Positions 1 to 15,400 of a stretch of DNA of 64,000 bases are shown piece after piece. The position numbers and the translations under genes are program-made. Location: positions 5,580,001-5,644,000 of the forward strand of contig NW_027266297.1 in assembly GCF_022045235.1 (NCBI RefSeq). The letters are read 5' to 3'. How positions within the stretch are numbered: the stretch's first letter is position 1; the number at the start of each line of letters is the position of its first letter. The notes under the pieces are model-generated. The model was not told the origin of the DNA and did no database searches. It worked only from the letters and a program-made list of their open reading frames with translations. Source of the stretch: Haliotis cracherodii (taxonomy: Eukaryota).

Positions 1-19
1 CCTTGCATATGCACATTTA

Positions 20-260
20 TAGTTGCCATGGAGATGTAGCTCACGAATTTGTCATGGCAGTTGCCATAGTGATAACGTGAATCTTACCTCCCCAAAATGT
101 GTGTCATGACGGTTGCCAAAGTGATAATGTATATCTTACCTCCCCTGAATATTCATCATGACGACTGCCATAGTGATAACGCATAAATTATCTTTCCTGT
201 CCTGTATATTTATCATAACGGTTGCCATAGTGATAACCCATATCTTACCTCCCCAGCATA
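20..260. repeat. Degenerate about 55-bp tandem repeat containing copies of the exon-249 donor
   Basis: ttgccatagtgataa...atcttacctcccc recurs (81, 133, 242). Confidence 0.75.
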
Positions 261-433
261 CTTATATTGGTAGTTCAGTCCAAACATCTCCAGGGGTCCC
301 TTCATCTGAACCACAAACGCTCCGTTGTTGGTGAACGCAGCCTTGTCCTTCTTAAAATCAGGCTGCATTGACGCCGCGCTGATCGGGGTGATTGTGCAGT
401 TTCCCTGTACCTGGTCTATGTTGTAGGCGATAC
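249..433 (-). CDS. Gene 1 exon (GIAYNIDQVQGNCTI...YKYAGE); gene continues left of the window
   Basis: gttcag|...|gtaaga; 185 nt, phase 1 to 0. Confidence 0.88.
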
Positions 434-3400
434 CTGAACGGAAGTGACGTAATTCCTTAATCCTGATCAAAACATTGCATCCGTCTTTATGATAAGCCGA
501 GACATTTTCTAATATTTGACATACCACGCTTCACTCCTACCCAGGGGAGTTCCTTTTGGCAGACGTGGTACCTCTGCCACGGGCCATGGCCAGCGAGATA
601 AGATGATTCGTCAAATCTTACACAGTCCATTCAACAAATAACACATGTTTTTCATCCGATTCACTTTTGATAAACCTACACACTTAGATAAACATATGTC
701 ATGAAATGGTTAACTTTCATTGAGAAAATACCTTAAAACGTGAAAAACTATTTCCATTTGCGTATTTCTCCTTTGTTTAAATTTGTTTGTACGGCTCCAC
801 GTGCTGTCGTCGAAGCCCATGTTGAACTATCGATACGGTAACTTTGCTGTATAAAGATATATATTCATGCACCTATCTACTGCAGGTGTAGTATCATACA
901 TATATCTAATTATTTAATTATGCAAAGCAATAGGCCAAGCGCCTTCAACGACTTCCATCAAGCCCCTCTGCTCTGGGTTCAGAAAAGGCGCGTTTGTTTA
1001 AAAACAATAGAAACGTCGGTCACGTGATATGGTGATTAACCTTTGGCAGTTGTGTAATGCTGGGTCATCACTGCGCCGGAACGGCGAAACAATTGCTCTC
1101 TCGGACTTGTTCAAAGGCATGGTTTTTTTCAAATTAATGCTTGAAATCAACAGCACCTTCGCACGTTTAAGACCCAAATAAACTTGACCATTATTTGATT
1201 CCAGAAGACCCCAGCATTGCAAGGTTACCGACATAATAATTCTTGTTTGATTTAGCGTTAATCTACATACCCGTGTTGAAGTCGTGTACATACGTCATCG
1301 TGTACGGTGAGTAGAAGGGAGGAGGACTGGTGACGTCGCGGGTGTCGTACCGAGCCAGTTTGTACTTGGAATCATACCAAACCTAACGCCGAAATCAAGA
1401 AAACATATATATCAATTCTGGTAGAAGATAACATATAGGCACTGCAAAAGTCAGCCAAAGTTTAACCTCGTTAATCAGAACGATACTGTGCGTATTAAAC
1501 CTCTCCGTATTAACTGATTTCCCGATTAGTTACTAAGGACAGAGTAATAAATATTCTTGGAGTGGATAATCCATTTATAGGCGAGCGTTTCAAGTTTAAA
1601 CGGGGGTGATGGGTAGCCCAGTGGTTAAAACGTTCGCTCAACAAGCCGAAGACTCGGGTTCGATTCCCTACATGGGTACAATGTGTGTAGCCCTTTTCTG
1701 GTGTAACCTGCCGTGATATTGGTGGAATATTGCTAAAAGCGGCGTAAAGCCATACTCATACACTACTCCAGCTCAAACGTGCCTCATGCATAACGGATAA
1801 GTCGTTGACGTGACTGACTTAATACCTCTAATGGACAACGACGTCACATAATGTAAGTATTTTAACAGTATTCCAGTTATATCACGGCTTGTCAGCTTAA
1901 TGTGGAGAAAATCCAGAAGTGACGCGGGTCTCAGACGTTTGCCACTTTGGTTAAACCCATGAGCAGAGGTATGGTGCTGACAAACCCGGGAAATAACCGG
2001 AATTTGAATCCACAATCATAGGTTTCTGGCATGCCCAAGGGACACAACTAGTGAATTGCGGCGCCTCAGTCGAATCGGCCACCCGTGCCCCCACGTCGCA
2101 GAACAAGCCAAAGGAATTTTATGTATTGACCCTGAGTTCATTTGAGAGCTTGTACACAACGTACGTCATACATGCATTCAGCGAAATACAAATGCAGGTA
2201 TTTTTAACCGTATTTGCAAGTCACCAGATGGCCACAATTTCGCATTCACAACACCTCGTATATAAGTGGGGTGATTGCTTTAGCAACTATCGCCATTGTG
2301 GTAGTAGAGTATACTTAAATATCATGGACTCAACACTTAAATATGTTTTATATGAACATTATCATCCGGCCTCACTACTTACATCTACAGTGGTGGTGGT
2401 CTTCTTATTTGGTATGACGATCTCCATTCTGTAGGAAAACTGCTCCGGCATCGAGGGCAACGGCTTTGAATCCGTGTAGCCTGCGTAGTGAGTGAGTGAG
2501 TGAGTGAGTGGGTGGCTGGGTGGTTGGGTGGGTGTTTGGGTGAGTGAGTGAGTGAGTGAGTGAGTGAGTGGGTGGGTGGGTGAGTGAGTGAGTGGGTGGG
2601 TGAGCTGGTTGTTTTGTGGGATTTGGGTGATCAAGTGAGTGTGTGGATGAGTGAGTGTGTGTATGAGTGAGTGAACAAATGAGTGAGTGAGTGAATGGGT
2701 GAGTGAGTGAGTTAGTGGGTGAGTGTGTATAATGAGACGGTTACGAGCTGGTAATAATTAAAAAACCACTATCACTGGAAATCTTGGGTTCGAACCCACG
2801 TACAGTTTTCTGGCACGCCTAAGCGACGGAAACCTGCACAGCGAAGTTCAGTCTCCAATAGTACATACACGTATGTCATATCAGGTCTAGCTCATATAAT
2901 TAATAAATAAAACTCTATGATAATTATGTCAACATGTCCATATTGAACGATCAGCAGAGACAGAATTGGTAAAAACACCAAGTGTGTTATAAGCGTGAAT
3001 ATCGAATCTATGAGAAATGTATGTAATATTCTCGCTTACAGCTGAAGGCATACTAACGGACGATGCACTACAGGATTGTCATAAACTGCCGGGCAAAAGT
3101 ATGCATTTGTAAACAGGAGTTGACCAAACAATTACAAACTTGGCAGAAAACAGTCGCTTGTTGTGAGATACACATTAATATATGTGGCCTGAGATACTCG
3201 TATCAAATACAATGCCTTCGAATAGCCATTTCTTGTTTGTTTCATATTTAGCCACTCAGCAATATTCCAGCTATATGACGGCGGTATGGACAAGACAATC
3301 CAGTGACTGATATTATGAGCATCGATCCACGCATTTGGGATACGATGACATGCATCAGCCAAGACAGCGAGCCTGACCATCCGATCCCGTTAGTCACCTT

Positions 3401-6400
3401 TTACGACAAACATAGTCGCCTTTTACGGCAACTATGGGTTGCTGAAGACCTATACTACTCCGGATCTACACGGGTCTCACCACATGTAATCATAGCAGAT
3501 AAAGCATCATGGTGTGTAACTCACCGAAGTCGATGGATGTATATATGGCGCCGTATGTCCGGGTCTGGGCAGAGAAACAATTTAACCATTTAAATTGTGT
3601 TATATACCGGTCGATATAGAAATATTATGATACATTAATATTGCCACGTGTGTATATACCCACATGTGTCACAACATACATTTAGAAGATTAACCTTCTG
3701 CATTTTGAATTCTGATGTAGATTGTTATACCTCTTATTTTTATTTTGAGCCGAGCTTTTAGCCAAAAGTTTCAAATGTATAAATAAGAGGTATTAATCCA
3801 CAATGGGACTACATCAGATTTCAAAACACAGAAGGTTTATCTCCATTTTACCATTTTACGCTTTGAAAATGGCGCTCTCATGGAATGCGTAATCACACAT
3901 GGGTACAAGGTAGAACATTCGTCACAGGTTGTTCTAAATGTAACAAATATTACTACAGTTCAAGATTAAAATAATCATAGTCTTGACAAGTTCAAAAGAA
4001 CGGTTCAAAACACATAGCCTTTCAAAAAGTTTCAACCTGCTGCATGTTTGCACTCAATCAAGTCACATGCCCAGGTTGTAGAATTAATTTTGGAAAAACA
4101 TTCTGAACGAATATATGTCTCCTACAAACATTATTAAATAACCGAACTTTATAACCGATATTTAAAAGTTGTACTTATGTAGCAGTTGGTTTGAAATACT
4201 TCCTCAACAGTAATACATGTTAAGAATGACTTTCTCAGCACCCCTAAATTCGACCTGGCTGAAATTTAGCTGCCGACGACACAAAGGAGACCGTGTATTT
4301 TTGAGATTTGATGATTGTGTGGCCCCGGCGGTGGTCAGTGTGTGTTCTACTTCATTGTGTGGCCCCGAAGGTGGTCAGTGAATGTTCTTCTTCATTGTGT
4401 GGCCCCGGCGGTGGTCAGTGTGTTCTACTTCATTGTGTGCACGTGGCCTTAGCGGTGGTCAGTGTGTGTTCTACTTCATTGTGTGGCCCTGCGGTGGTCA
4501 CTGTGTGTTTTACTTCATTGTGTGGCCCTGGCGGGGGTCAGTGGGTGTTCTACTTAATTGTGTGGCCCCGGCGGTGGTCAGTGTGTGTTCTTCTTCATCG
4601 TGTGGCCTCAGCGGTGGTCATTGTGTGTTCTACTTCATTGTGTGGCCTCAGCGGTGGTCAGTGTGTTCTACTTCATTGTGTGGAACTGGCGGTGGTCAGT
4701 GTGTGTTCTACTTCATTGTGTGACCCCGGTGGTGGTCATTGTGTGTTCTACTTAATTATGTGGCCCCAGCGGTGGCCAGTGTGTGTTCTACTTCATTGTG
4801 TGGCCCTTGCTGTGGTCAGTGTGTGTTCTAGTTAATTGTGCGGCCCTGGCGGTGGTCAGTGTGTGTTCTACTTCATTGTGTGACCCTGCGGTGGTCAGTG
4901 AGTGTTCTACTTCATTGTGTGGAACTTGCGGTGGTCAGTGAGTGTTCTACTTCATTGTGTGGCCTTGCGGTGGTCAGTGTGTGTTCTACTTCATTGTGTG
5001 GCTCTAGCGGTGGGATATGGCGTAACACGGTTAAGGTGAATCCAGGCAATATCACTACTCCCATTGCTGACTGAATGTAGATTTCGGAATACTGGGCCGG
5101 AGTGGCAATACGTACCGATCCATCGTCTTCCGGTATATCGATCTGAACCTGGTTTTGGTACACCAGATCTGCCATATCGCCGTAGGCTTCTGAGATCGTC
5201 TTCTCGTGTGCAGTCTCAGGGTTCACGGTGCCTGTGATAGCACACGGAACAAGGGATATAGAGGAAAAGGCAGGAGAAGTCTTAGTCATATTATAGTTGG
5301 ATAGAGAAAGACGGATATGGTGTTGACAAGCAAACTATATCAATCGGCACTAGGCTAGGATTTGAAAAAAACGATCAGCGGATCCTGGCAAGAACTAGGG
5401 AGGCAACTCTTTACAGCGATTAGCAACCCGCGTGTTGCCCCAGGGGATGAGTTAAAAAGTCACGTATTATGAGTCACGTATCCAGCTTTATGACAGCAGT
5501 CTGTAATTTAATCCAGTCTGGACAAGACAGACCACTAACTGACATCAAGAGCATCGATCCACGAGCATCAGTGACAAAAATGTTGTCCGATGCAATTCCC
5601 TATTTTGACTTGTATCATATGTTCCCTTGTTTTTTTTCAGGTGAACAAATTACCTTGCCTTTGCTTGTGTTTGTGACGGGTACTACCGGTGTGGCAGGAG
5701 AAGCTCACCTTTTCGCGAACACCTGGGCCCACTTGCACAAAGCGATGTTAGCGCTACAACTATTGTAAGCCTATGTTAAAGTATGGGAGTTACGATCTTA
5801 GAGCTAAGATCGCTTTGTGCAAGTGGGTCCTGGTATCTTCACTATTTGATAGTGATCAATAAACACATGATCACGAAACAGTCGGAATCGTACTATCGAC
5901 TGCAGAGATTCCAATAGGATATGGGAAGGGATTTATTTCGCTTTATTTACAACACTTACGGGAGAAATGGTCACATGCACTCTGCTTGAGAACAGAGGCC
6001 CCGTCTCCAATATGAGCCTTGCTTAGTTTACACTTGTACCCGTCTAGTGGGCAGAAGTCGAAACTGCGGCACACGATAGCTTCGTTAGAAACACACAGGC
6101 CGGCGCATGTTATAGGATCCGAGATGTTGTTCCACACCATGTCGTCTGTCCTTTCGATCTCCGACTTTGGAACGTACGTGAATTGTGCTAAAATGTACAA
6201 ATTGAAATTAGAAAATTCTCAACGATTACAAAATCGATGAACGATGTTTTAGCAGTATTTCCGTCACAGCCCGGAGTGATACAGATCCTAGACATTAACA
6301 CTTTGGTAAAAAAACAACGAGCATGTGTATGAGATACATATTCAGAGTGGATCTGGAATTCGGACACGTGACTTCTGGAACGCCTAATGGACGCAACTCT

Positions 6401-9400
6401 GCAAAAGCTTCAACAATAATTGGAGCAGCTGCCTTTTCATGTAGTTAGATGTACCTACACATAGAACACATAGAGAATGGACAACCGAGGGACTGATAAC
6501 CCAAAGCTGGTCTATTTAGATACTGAGCTGACAAAGATACGGCGAGTGCCTACTCTAAAATGTATCTTTTTTCAATATGAAGATAAACTTGCTACCTGCC
6601 TTAAAGTAGTCACTTGATTATTGACATGGAATAAATTCGGGTATTAGAATACAGTGTCCCTTTTTCCCTGTCACATTCACTCCCCACCGCCCTTCACCCC
6701 ACTTCCACCACCTCTTTACCCCTGTGTCTCGCAGTTGTGTCTCACCCCTCTCAACCCGGTCACATGCACTCCCCACCGCCTTTCACCCCATTCCACCCAC
6801 CCTCACCCCCACCCCCACCCTCTTTACCCCTGTGTCTCGCTGTTGTGTCTCACCCCTCTCTCCACGTCATCACCCTCACTCCCAGCCCTCCCCGATACGT
6901 CTTCCTCGCCACCCAATCAACCAAATCAACCTTGACCTACCAGCTGGGGGTGTTCGGTCCACCAACGTCGCGCTGACGTACACGTTGGTGTTGTCGTACT
7001 CGACTCTCAAGCGCCCTATTCGGATGGGGTTGACGTCCATGGCCCCCATGAAAGTCAGGTGTGACTTCAGGATCAGAAGGTCCTCCTTGTCCCGGTTGAA
7101 CTGTTTGGGTGCTGAGAAGGAAACATCTAGAATATAATGGCAACCGCTGGATCACGTGATCATCACACATATCTAGTACATCCCTACGTTCGTTCGATTA
7201 TACGAAATTGAGGTTACCACGTTTCTGACGAGCAGGGCTGACTAGATTAACCAGTTAACCAGTGTTAATTATGGTTAAGTTTAGACACTTCCAGAAATAA
7301 ATTTATAGCATGACAAATTAACTAACCGAAAGGATCGGGTGGTCCTTAACGAGTAGAATAATAACTATGTTTGATAAAATAGTTAAGAAACGGTTATTCG
7401 ATGGTGTCAGGAACACTCTCGCGTTGTTAAACCTCGTCCATATGACAGCGTCCCATATGATACCTCTGAGACGTTCATACATTCACATCGGACAATAATT
7501 AGGGCTGTCACCATTACTCCCAAGGGACGCAACTCTGCACAGCGAATTGCGGCGCCCAAGACGATTGGGNNNNNNNNNNNNNNNNNNNNNNNNNNNNNNN
7601 NNNNNNNNNNNNNNNNNNNNNNNNNNNNNNNNNNNNNNNNNNNNNNNNNNNNNNNNNNNNNNNNNNNNNNNNNNNNNNNNNNNNNNNNNNNNNNNNNNNN
7701 NNNNNNGAACAGGTTATTTTGAAAAAGATAAACGACAATTATTTTAAAGAAATGTTTGAATAAACTACTAAGTGTTAGTCTAACCTTCGCCCAGGAGTTG
7801 GAACTGAACTGTGAAACCTAGTTTTTTCGTGTCAGGAAAACAGTCGGAAATATCGAACACGCTTAGAGATGGACTGTCTGCCACAAAATCCAAGAAGTTG
7901 TAAACCACGTGAAAGCCCACCTGTAAACAACGTGCAAACTCAATTCAATGAAACCTTATTTATCCGGATGATACGGTCGAAGAACTGAGTCAGGATGAAG
8001 AAATGAAACCTTGTTAATCCGGACGATTCCGTTCCCTAGAAAGAGTACAGATTAACAACTTTCCGGATTAACGGATTGTGGGTACTAAATTTCGTTGCAT
8101 ATTGTCACAGCGCAGTATTTCAGTTCCACGGCGTGTCAACGTCATGTGGTGATAAGCAGGCCTTAGACGTTTACCATTTTGGTAAAACTGATGCCGACAA
8201 ACCTGGAGAAATAATCGAGGCGAATAAATTCAAACCCACAATCAGAGACGCAATTCTGCACAGCGAATTGCGGTGCCTTAAACGACAGAGCAACCGATGC
8301 CCCTCCTTCCCGCTCTGATGGGAGAGACCGCCTCGGTGGTCTAATGGTAGAGCGTCCGCCCGGAAAGCAGAAGGTCGGGGGTTCGATCCCCAAAAGACGT
8401 TAAAGATGGTATTTGTTGTTACCCTGCTCGGCATAAAGGGGCTAAAACAAGGACTGGTCGTCTCGGAGTCAGTATACTGTGTCTAGGTGGGGTATTTATT
8501 TTAAACTGCGGCATGCTAGCACTATAAAATCGGCATTGGTCTGGACAAGTTCAAGCAGCCACACACACATGCATGCATGTCACTATATGAGTGCAATAAA
8601 CCTGGACGCGACGTTAAACCCCATTTCACCTTACCTCTTCTTTGACGAGAGAATGAGGGTCGCTAAGTTGAAATGGCGTTAACACACGACGACATTAATA
8701 AAACGTAATTCAAATTATCCTACATTTGGGTTGTTTCCTACAAGAAAATATATTTCATTCAACAATTACAAAGGTCACATACATCCAAAGCCGTTATTTC
8801 CAGACGAAAGGGAAAGCCGGTCTGGTATGTGCTGTATCCGACGTTGGGATCGTCCGACCATCCTTCCTGACGGAAATACGAGAAAAGAGACATTGAGACT
8901 GGTACACCAACAAACAGACAGACAGACAACAATAGAGAGATAGTAGCGGGCTTAAACTGGACGCAGTCTCTATTTTCAATATGAAATTGTAAATAAAATA
9001 CAAAATCCGAAATCCGTTTCACCGATACTGGTATATGATTTCTGGGGTGAATGCTCAAACACACTTTTTCTTCATAACTTTGTTTCAAATAATAATTTTG
9101 TTACTGCATTTATATATTTTTTGGTTGTGGGTGTAGTCAAGTTAAAATATGACAAAAAGGGGGTCAACCCCAAACAAATTGCAACAAAGACCATTTTACC
9201 TGCATACAACTTGGAATTGCTCACTTAACAACATATTAAAAGTTTACCAAAATCGGAGGAGTGGAACAGTGCCTAATTTGCATATATTCAAAATGGCCGC
9301 CATTCAAACTAATTGTGCCGGCTATATCTCGGGACCTCGGATAGGTCGAGACTTAATTCTGGTGTCTACACCCATGTTTGGGGGGGGGGGGGGGGGGGGG

Positions 9401-12400
9401 GTGTCAATGAATTTGACTATAACAGTATTTACAAGGAACTACCTCGGATTCTTCAATATACATTCAGGAAGAAGGATCAAGCTGGCACATTATCTGATAT
9501 TTACAAGAGTATTCATTGAGCTATCGAAACAATACCATGGAATTAGGATTCGGAACTTTGTATTTCTATGTCAGGTACACACCAACATGAACAGTCAGAG
9601 TCAAACTTGTTGTCAAGGAAACAGAAAAAATATAAATTCTAACAATCCCTAAATAGCAAAAGGCCCCAGATGACAAACTGGTCATATGTGTGCATAGTTT
9701 CAAAGAAGAATACCTATTTGTTTTAAAGATGTAGTCAAAGTCAAACTTCTTGCCATGGAAACAGGAAAAACATATCTAAATTCCTAAATAGCAAAAGGCA
9801 CCACTTCAAGCCCTGAATAATACATGTTCCAAGTTTGGTTCAAATAGATATAATTTTTTTAATTTGAAGTTTACACGATATACGGCTTTTCCATTGGACG
9901 AGAGGTCGGTCACGTGGCCGCGAAATTGACGTTCATAAGTGTATGAACGACACAATTTGACGTTCATACGTTTTTCGCGATAAAATGGCGTAAAAACTGA
10001 CGGACTACTTCCACATTCCTGGGGAAAGCCCTGGGAATTCCCTAGCAAGAAAACATACATAAGCGTTCTTTCTGATCATTTAGAACCTTTATTCTTGGTC
10101 TCAGCGTTTCAGTATACATTGAGAAAGAGAGGGTGACTGCATGATTGTTCACTAATATCCTCGCTGCGGCGTATCCTAATGAACAAACGAAGAAATACAC
10201 ATCTAAACTATCGTGGTATCGACTCAACCCGTGCCTAGGCTGACACTGACCGTCTCCAGAAATCAAATTGTGTTTAAAATAAAATTGTGTTTAGATTTTG
10301 GCCTACATCATTTGAGGTAAGAAACTGTGATAAAAAAATTATAAGAATTGACTTTCACTTTGTGTGAGTTCATTGGAGTATGAACCTTCATAGAGTGAGG
10401 GCCAAACTGTATGAACGTCTTAAATCCAGCTGCTCCTTCAGAGACTTATAACATCGGGAACACGTCAAAACAGCAGCATTCAGAAGCATTCCAATATGAG
10501 TATTCCAGAATAAGTGCACTCCACGTCCAGCAAAAAAGGTTCAACTTGCTGATGCAATTTGGAGTCTGATGCCTCAAGAATGTCCATACCGCCTGGAGAT
10601 GTGCAGTATGTCCTAGATGGAGGAGTTTGCTTCACAGAATCATATGAAGCCCAGGGTCAAAATATGATGAGATATGTTAGCAGTATGTCAAGTATGTGAA
10701 TAGACGCTGTGGTAAGCCAGTCGTGGTATTTGATGGTTATCTCAGCGGTCCAAGCAAAAAGGATACAACGCAACAGCGAAGAGCAGGATCACGAGTTGGG
10801 CCTCTGTACAAGTCTCAGACTCTATGGTCTTCGATGGAAAGAAGCAGGACTTTCTTTCCAATAAGGATAATAAGCAGAAGTTCATCACCTTGCTTGATGA
10901 ACATCTACGACATCATGGATGTCGCTCACACCATGTTAGGGTAGATGCTGATCTACTAATTGCGCAGACTGCCATTGGCACTGCTGAGACAAGAAAGATG
11001 ACTTAGATATCCTTATTCTGATCTGCTTCCACTCTGAGCTCCCCGCAACAAAGTTTTACCTTAGACCCGAACCTCGCTATGGTGCATAGAAGCAGCCAAG
11101 ATGTTGGAACATAGCTGTTCTCAAAGCACTTTCACGGTTTTGGAAAGGGAGTTGCACTAAACCTGATTCGCACTAACAAGTTCTTTCAGGAGCAAGCTGA
11201 GAGATTTGGAAATCCAAACAGCACCACGGCAGATATTATAGCTGCAGGCGAGAAAGCACTAGTTACCTTGTACAAAGGCAGGCCTGATGATAACTTTTCT
11301 TCACCTTCAGCGATTCCAGCAGAAGGTCAGCAGTAGTACAACAAAGCAGAAGCAGAAGTGAAAGCAGAAGTCCTTCCTCCAACCTCAGCAGCAGCTGTAT
11401 GGTATGCGCGTCTACTTCTAAGTACAGCAGTGGATGGGGAACGAAGATGAGATGTAAACCTACCGAGTAGGGTTGCTGTGAGAAAGCTGGAAAGTACATT
11501 CCTGTTCTTACAGACAAAGAAGCCGCCCCTAAACATCTCCTGAATGTAATAAGGTGCATGTAGCAACAAGCAGTGTACCTGCAGAGCAAATAGTCTTGAG
11601 TGTACCAACGGATGTGAAGTGTGTACAGGTGTATGTAAAAATGTCAGCGCAGTCCTTGAAGAAACTGAAGATGCAAATAAATGCAAAATTGATGCAAATT
11701 AAACATTATGAAAGGAACCAATGATATAAGTACTGTTAAACTTGGAATCTTTGACAAAAAAACCGTGTAGAGACACCAGAATTAGATCTCTGCCAGTATC
11801 AGATCCTAATGTATAGTTAATGGGTTCAAAATGGCCTCCATTTTGAATTTATGCAAATTAGGCATAAAGAAATGATCCAGCTATTACAATATTATTTATA
11901 ATTGAAAACATGGTTGTAGACACCAGAATTACATCTCTGCCATCACCACCTACGAAGATATACTAAAAAATGATGGTTTCAAAAAAGCCGCCATTTTTAA
12001 TTTATGCAAATTAGGCACTTAGACATTACCCAACCATTAAAATACTGTTATAAATGAAATGGGTATAGACACCAGAATTAAGTCTCCACCAGTCTTAGAT
12101 CCCGAGATACAGGCAAACCCTTGCCAAATTAGTTTGAATGCGGGCATTTTGAAATTATGCAAATTAGACACTGTTCCACTACTCCGATTTGGGTAAACTT
12201 TTGATATGTTGTTTTGTGAGTTAATCCAAGTTATATGCAGGGCAAATTGTTTCTGTTGCAATTTGTTTGGGGTCAAATCATATTTTGACTAGATTAAAAG
12301 AGGTAGATGTAAGCAGATGGTTAGATATATACCAACGCCGAGACGAATTAATAGAGGTAGATGTATGTAGATAGGTAGATATATCGAGACGGATTAATAG

Positions 12401-15400
12401 AGGTAGATGTTTGTAAATAGGTAGATATAGAGCACCGAGACGGATTAATAGAGGTAGATGTTTGTAGATAGGTAGATATGTACCATCGCGACGGATTAAC
12501 AGAGGTAAATGTAAGTAGAAAGGTAGATATATACTATCGAGGCGGATTAATAAAGGTAGATGTATGTAGATAGGTAGATATAGAGCATCGAGACGAATTA
12601 ATAGAGGTAGATGTAAATAGAAAGGTAGATATATAACATCGAGACGGATTAATAGAGGTAGATGTATGTAGATAAGTAGATATGTAGCACCTTGACGGAT
12701 TAATAAAGATAGACGTATGTAGATAGGTAGATATATACCATCGAGACGGATAAATAGAGGTAGATATAAGTAGGTAGGTAGATATATAGTTAGGAAATGA
12801 ATCAGTTAGCGAAGATGCATGTATTTAGGCAGTTATCTAACAACGAGAAGGATTACTGGGTGGAGAAACAGAGGCTTCTACATCTACATTTACAAAGTTC
12901 AAAAAGTAGATTAAGTAGATAATTACGTGATAGGACATTTTTATATAAAAAAAGCCAAACACTAAGAATATTTCATTTTAGTTTTGACTTAGTTACGTTC
13001 ATGGACATCATCCGCCGAAGGAAAAACTCAACGTACAGACAGGAAGTAGTATTCGAAGGTCACATTGACACCGGGAGTGTTGGGAATTCTGAAATCTGAC
13101 CTCACAGAAGTGTACACGTCACAGAGGGCATCACGTGCATACCGCTGAAAATATGAATTCAACATTAAAAATGTATGTCAGTTAAGAGGTCGCAGCACTG
13201 AAGAAGGCCAAAGTTCATATAACAGCATTACACGTATTAAAGGGAGTCATCAAGCGATACCTAAAAGCTGGAGGACCTAATGTAACATGTGACCTGTCTT
13301 AACAGGACACCTGTGTTATGTCATGTGAAGATACAAATAGCACAATGGTGTAAACCTTGCTTGGAATTATAATTAGAGACTGAGATTAGTCTTGATGACT
13401 TTTAATGCCCAAAATCTTGTTGCCATCCTTGACTAATTTACAGAGATGGAAATGTGCGCCTCTCATCAATGGACACTGAGTAAAGTCGCTATTGCATCAT
13501 CAAATTATTGTCCATTCCAGACTAGATACGCTGAATGACCAACACGTTTGACACAAAATTGTCAGATATAGTGATCTAAAACAGACGGAAAGGACTAGTC
13601 TGGTATTGATCAGAACCAGTGAACGACTGATCAGAACTAGTGGACGACTGATCAGGAGAAGTGGATTTATGATCAGGACTAGTGGATGACTGACAAGGAC
13701 TAGTGGGTTATTGATCAGAACTAGTGAATGACTGATCAGGACCGGTGAACGACTGATCAGGACTAGTGAAGGAGTGATCAGGACTAGTGGATGACTGATC
13801 AGGAATAGTGAACGACTGATCAGGACTAGTGAACGGCTGATAAGGACTAGCTTATATAGTGGACGACTGATAAGGACTAGTGGACGACTGATCAGGACAA
13901 GTGGGTTATTGATCAGGACTAGTGAAGGACTGATAAGGAGTAGTTGACGATTGATGAGGGCTATTTATCAGAGCTAGTGAATCACTGATCAGGACTAATG
14001 GATGACTGATCAGGACAAGTGGACGACTGATAAGGACTAGTGGTTTATTGATCAGAACCAGTGAACGACTGATCAGAACTAGTGGACGACTGATCAGGAC
14101 AAGTGGATGACTGATCAGGACAAGTGGACGACTGATAAGGACTAGTGGGTTATTGATCAGAACCAGTGGACGACTGATCAGGACAAGTGGATGACTGATC
14201 AGGACAAGTGGACGACTGATAAAGACTTGTAGGCTATTGGTCAGAACCAGTGAACGACTGATCAGAACTAGTGGACGACTGATTAGGACAAGTGGACGAC
14301 TGATAAGGACTAGTGGACGACTGATCAGGACTAGTGAAGGTGTGATCAGGACTAGTGGATGACTGATCAGGACTAGTGAACAACTGATCAGGACCAGTGA
14401 ACGACTGATAAGGACTAGTGGACGACTGATAAGGACTAGTGGACGACTGATCAGGACTATTGGGTTATTGATCAGAACTACTGGACGACTGACAAGGACT
14501 AGTGGGTTATTGATCAGAACCAGTGGACGACTGATCAGGACTAGTGGACGACTGATCAGGACTAGTGAACGACTGATCAGGACTAGTTGATGACTGATAA
14601 GGACTATTGGATTTATGATCAGAACTAGTAAACGACTGATCAGGACTAGTGGACGACTGATAAGGACTAGCGGGTTATTGATAAGGACTAGTGGGTTATT
14701 GATCAGAACTAGTGGACGACTGATCAGGACTAGTGGGTTATTGATAAGGACTAGTAGGTTATTGATCAGAACTAGTGAACGACTGATCAGGACTAGTCGA
14801 CGACTGATAAGGACTAGTGGTTATTGATCAGAACTAGTGGACGACTGATCAGGACTAGTGGACGACTGATCAGGACTAGTAGACGACTGATCAGGGCTAC
14901 TGGGCGACTGGTCAGGACCAGTAGACGACTGATCAGGGCTAGTGGAGTATTCACCTGAAGCAACAACGTCAACTGACCTGTCCTGAGAAGGTGTAGTTGC
15001 TGTTGAGAGAGAAGAACTGCAGAGGGTTCTTCATTTGTAGAGTGAAGGAGCCATTCTGTTTGTAAGCCGGGGTATTCATCATGTCGTCAAAAGAACCGTT
15101 GACCAATGGAAGCACTGAACAGTTACCTGTCACCTGATCCCGGACATAACGGACACCTGGACATACACACATATAGGCATAACGGACACCTGAACATACA
15201 CATATATAGAAGTAGCGGACACCTCGACATACACACATATAGACATAGCGGGCACCTGGACATACACACAAATAGACATAGCGGACACCTGGACATACAC
15301 ACATATAGACATAGCGGGCACCTGGACATACAAACATATAGACATAGCGGGCACCTGGACATACAAACATATAGACATAGCGGACAACTGGACATAGACA

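Noticed and set aside
3435-3475. Hammerhead ribozyme on the antisense strand of family C (CTGAAGA core)
   Set aside because: No stem II followed by GAAA. The motif is simply the complement of the sense-strand stem.
4308-5074. Overlapping Cys/Val-rich ORFs
   Set aside because: Translations of the 40-bp minisatellite.
4912-5115. Read-through of exon 5231-5116 (VRIATPAQ...)
   Set aside because: A good donor at 5116 and a phase-matching 40-nt exon at 3564-3525 explain the structure. The read-through runs into a minisatellite.
13605-14945. 21-bp array (and the 45-bp array at 21620-22140) as further junction-derived repeats
   Set aside because: They lie 30-60 nt from exons, but I could not align their units convincingly to the splice junction.
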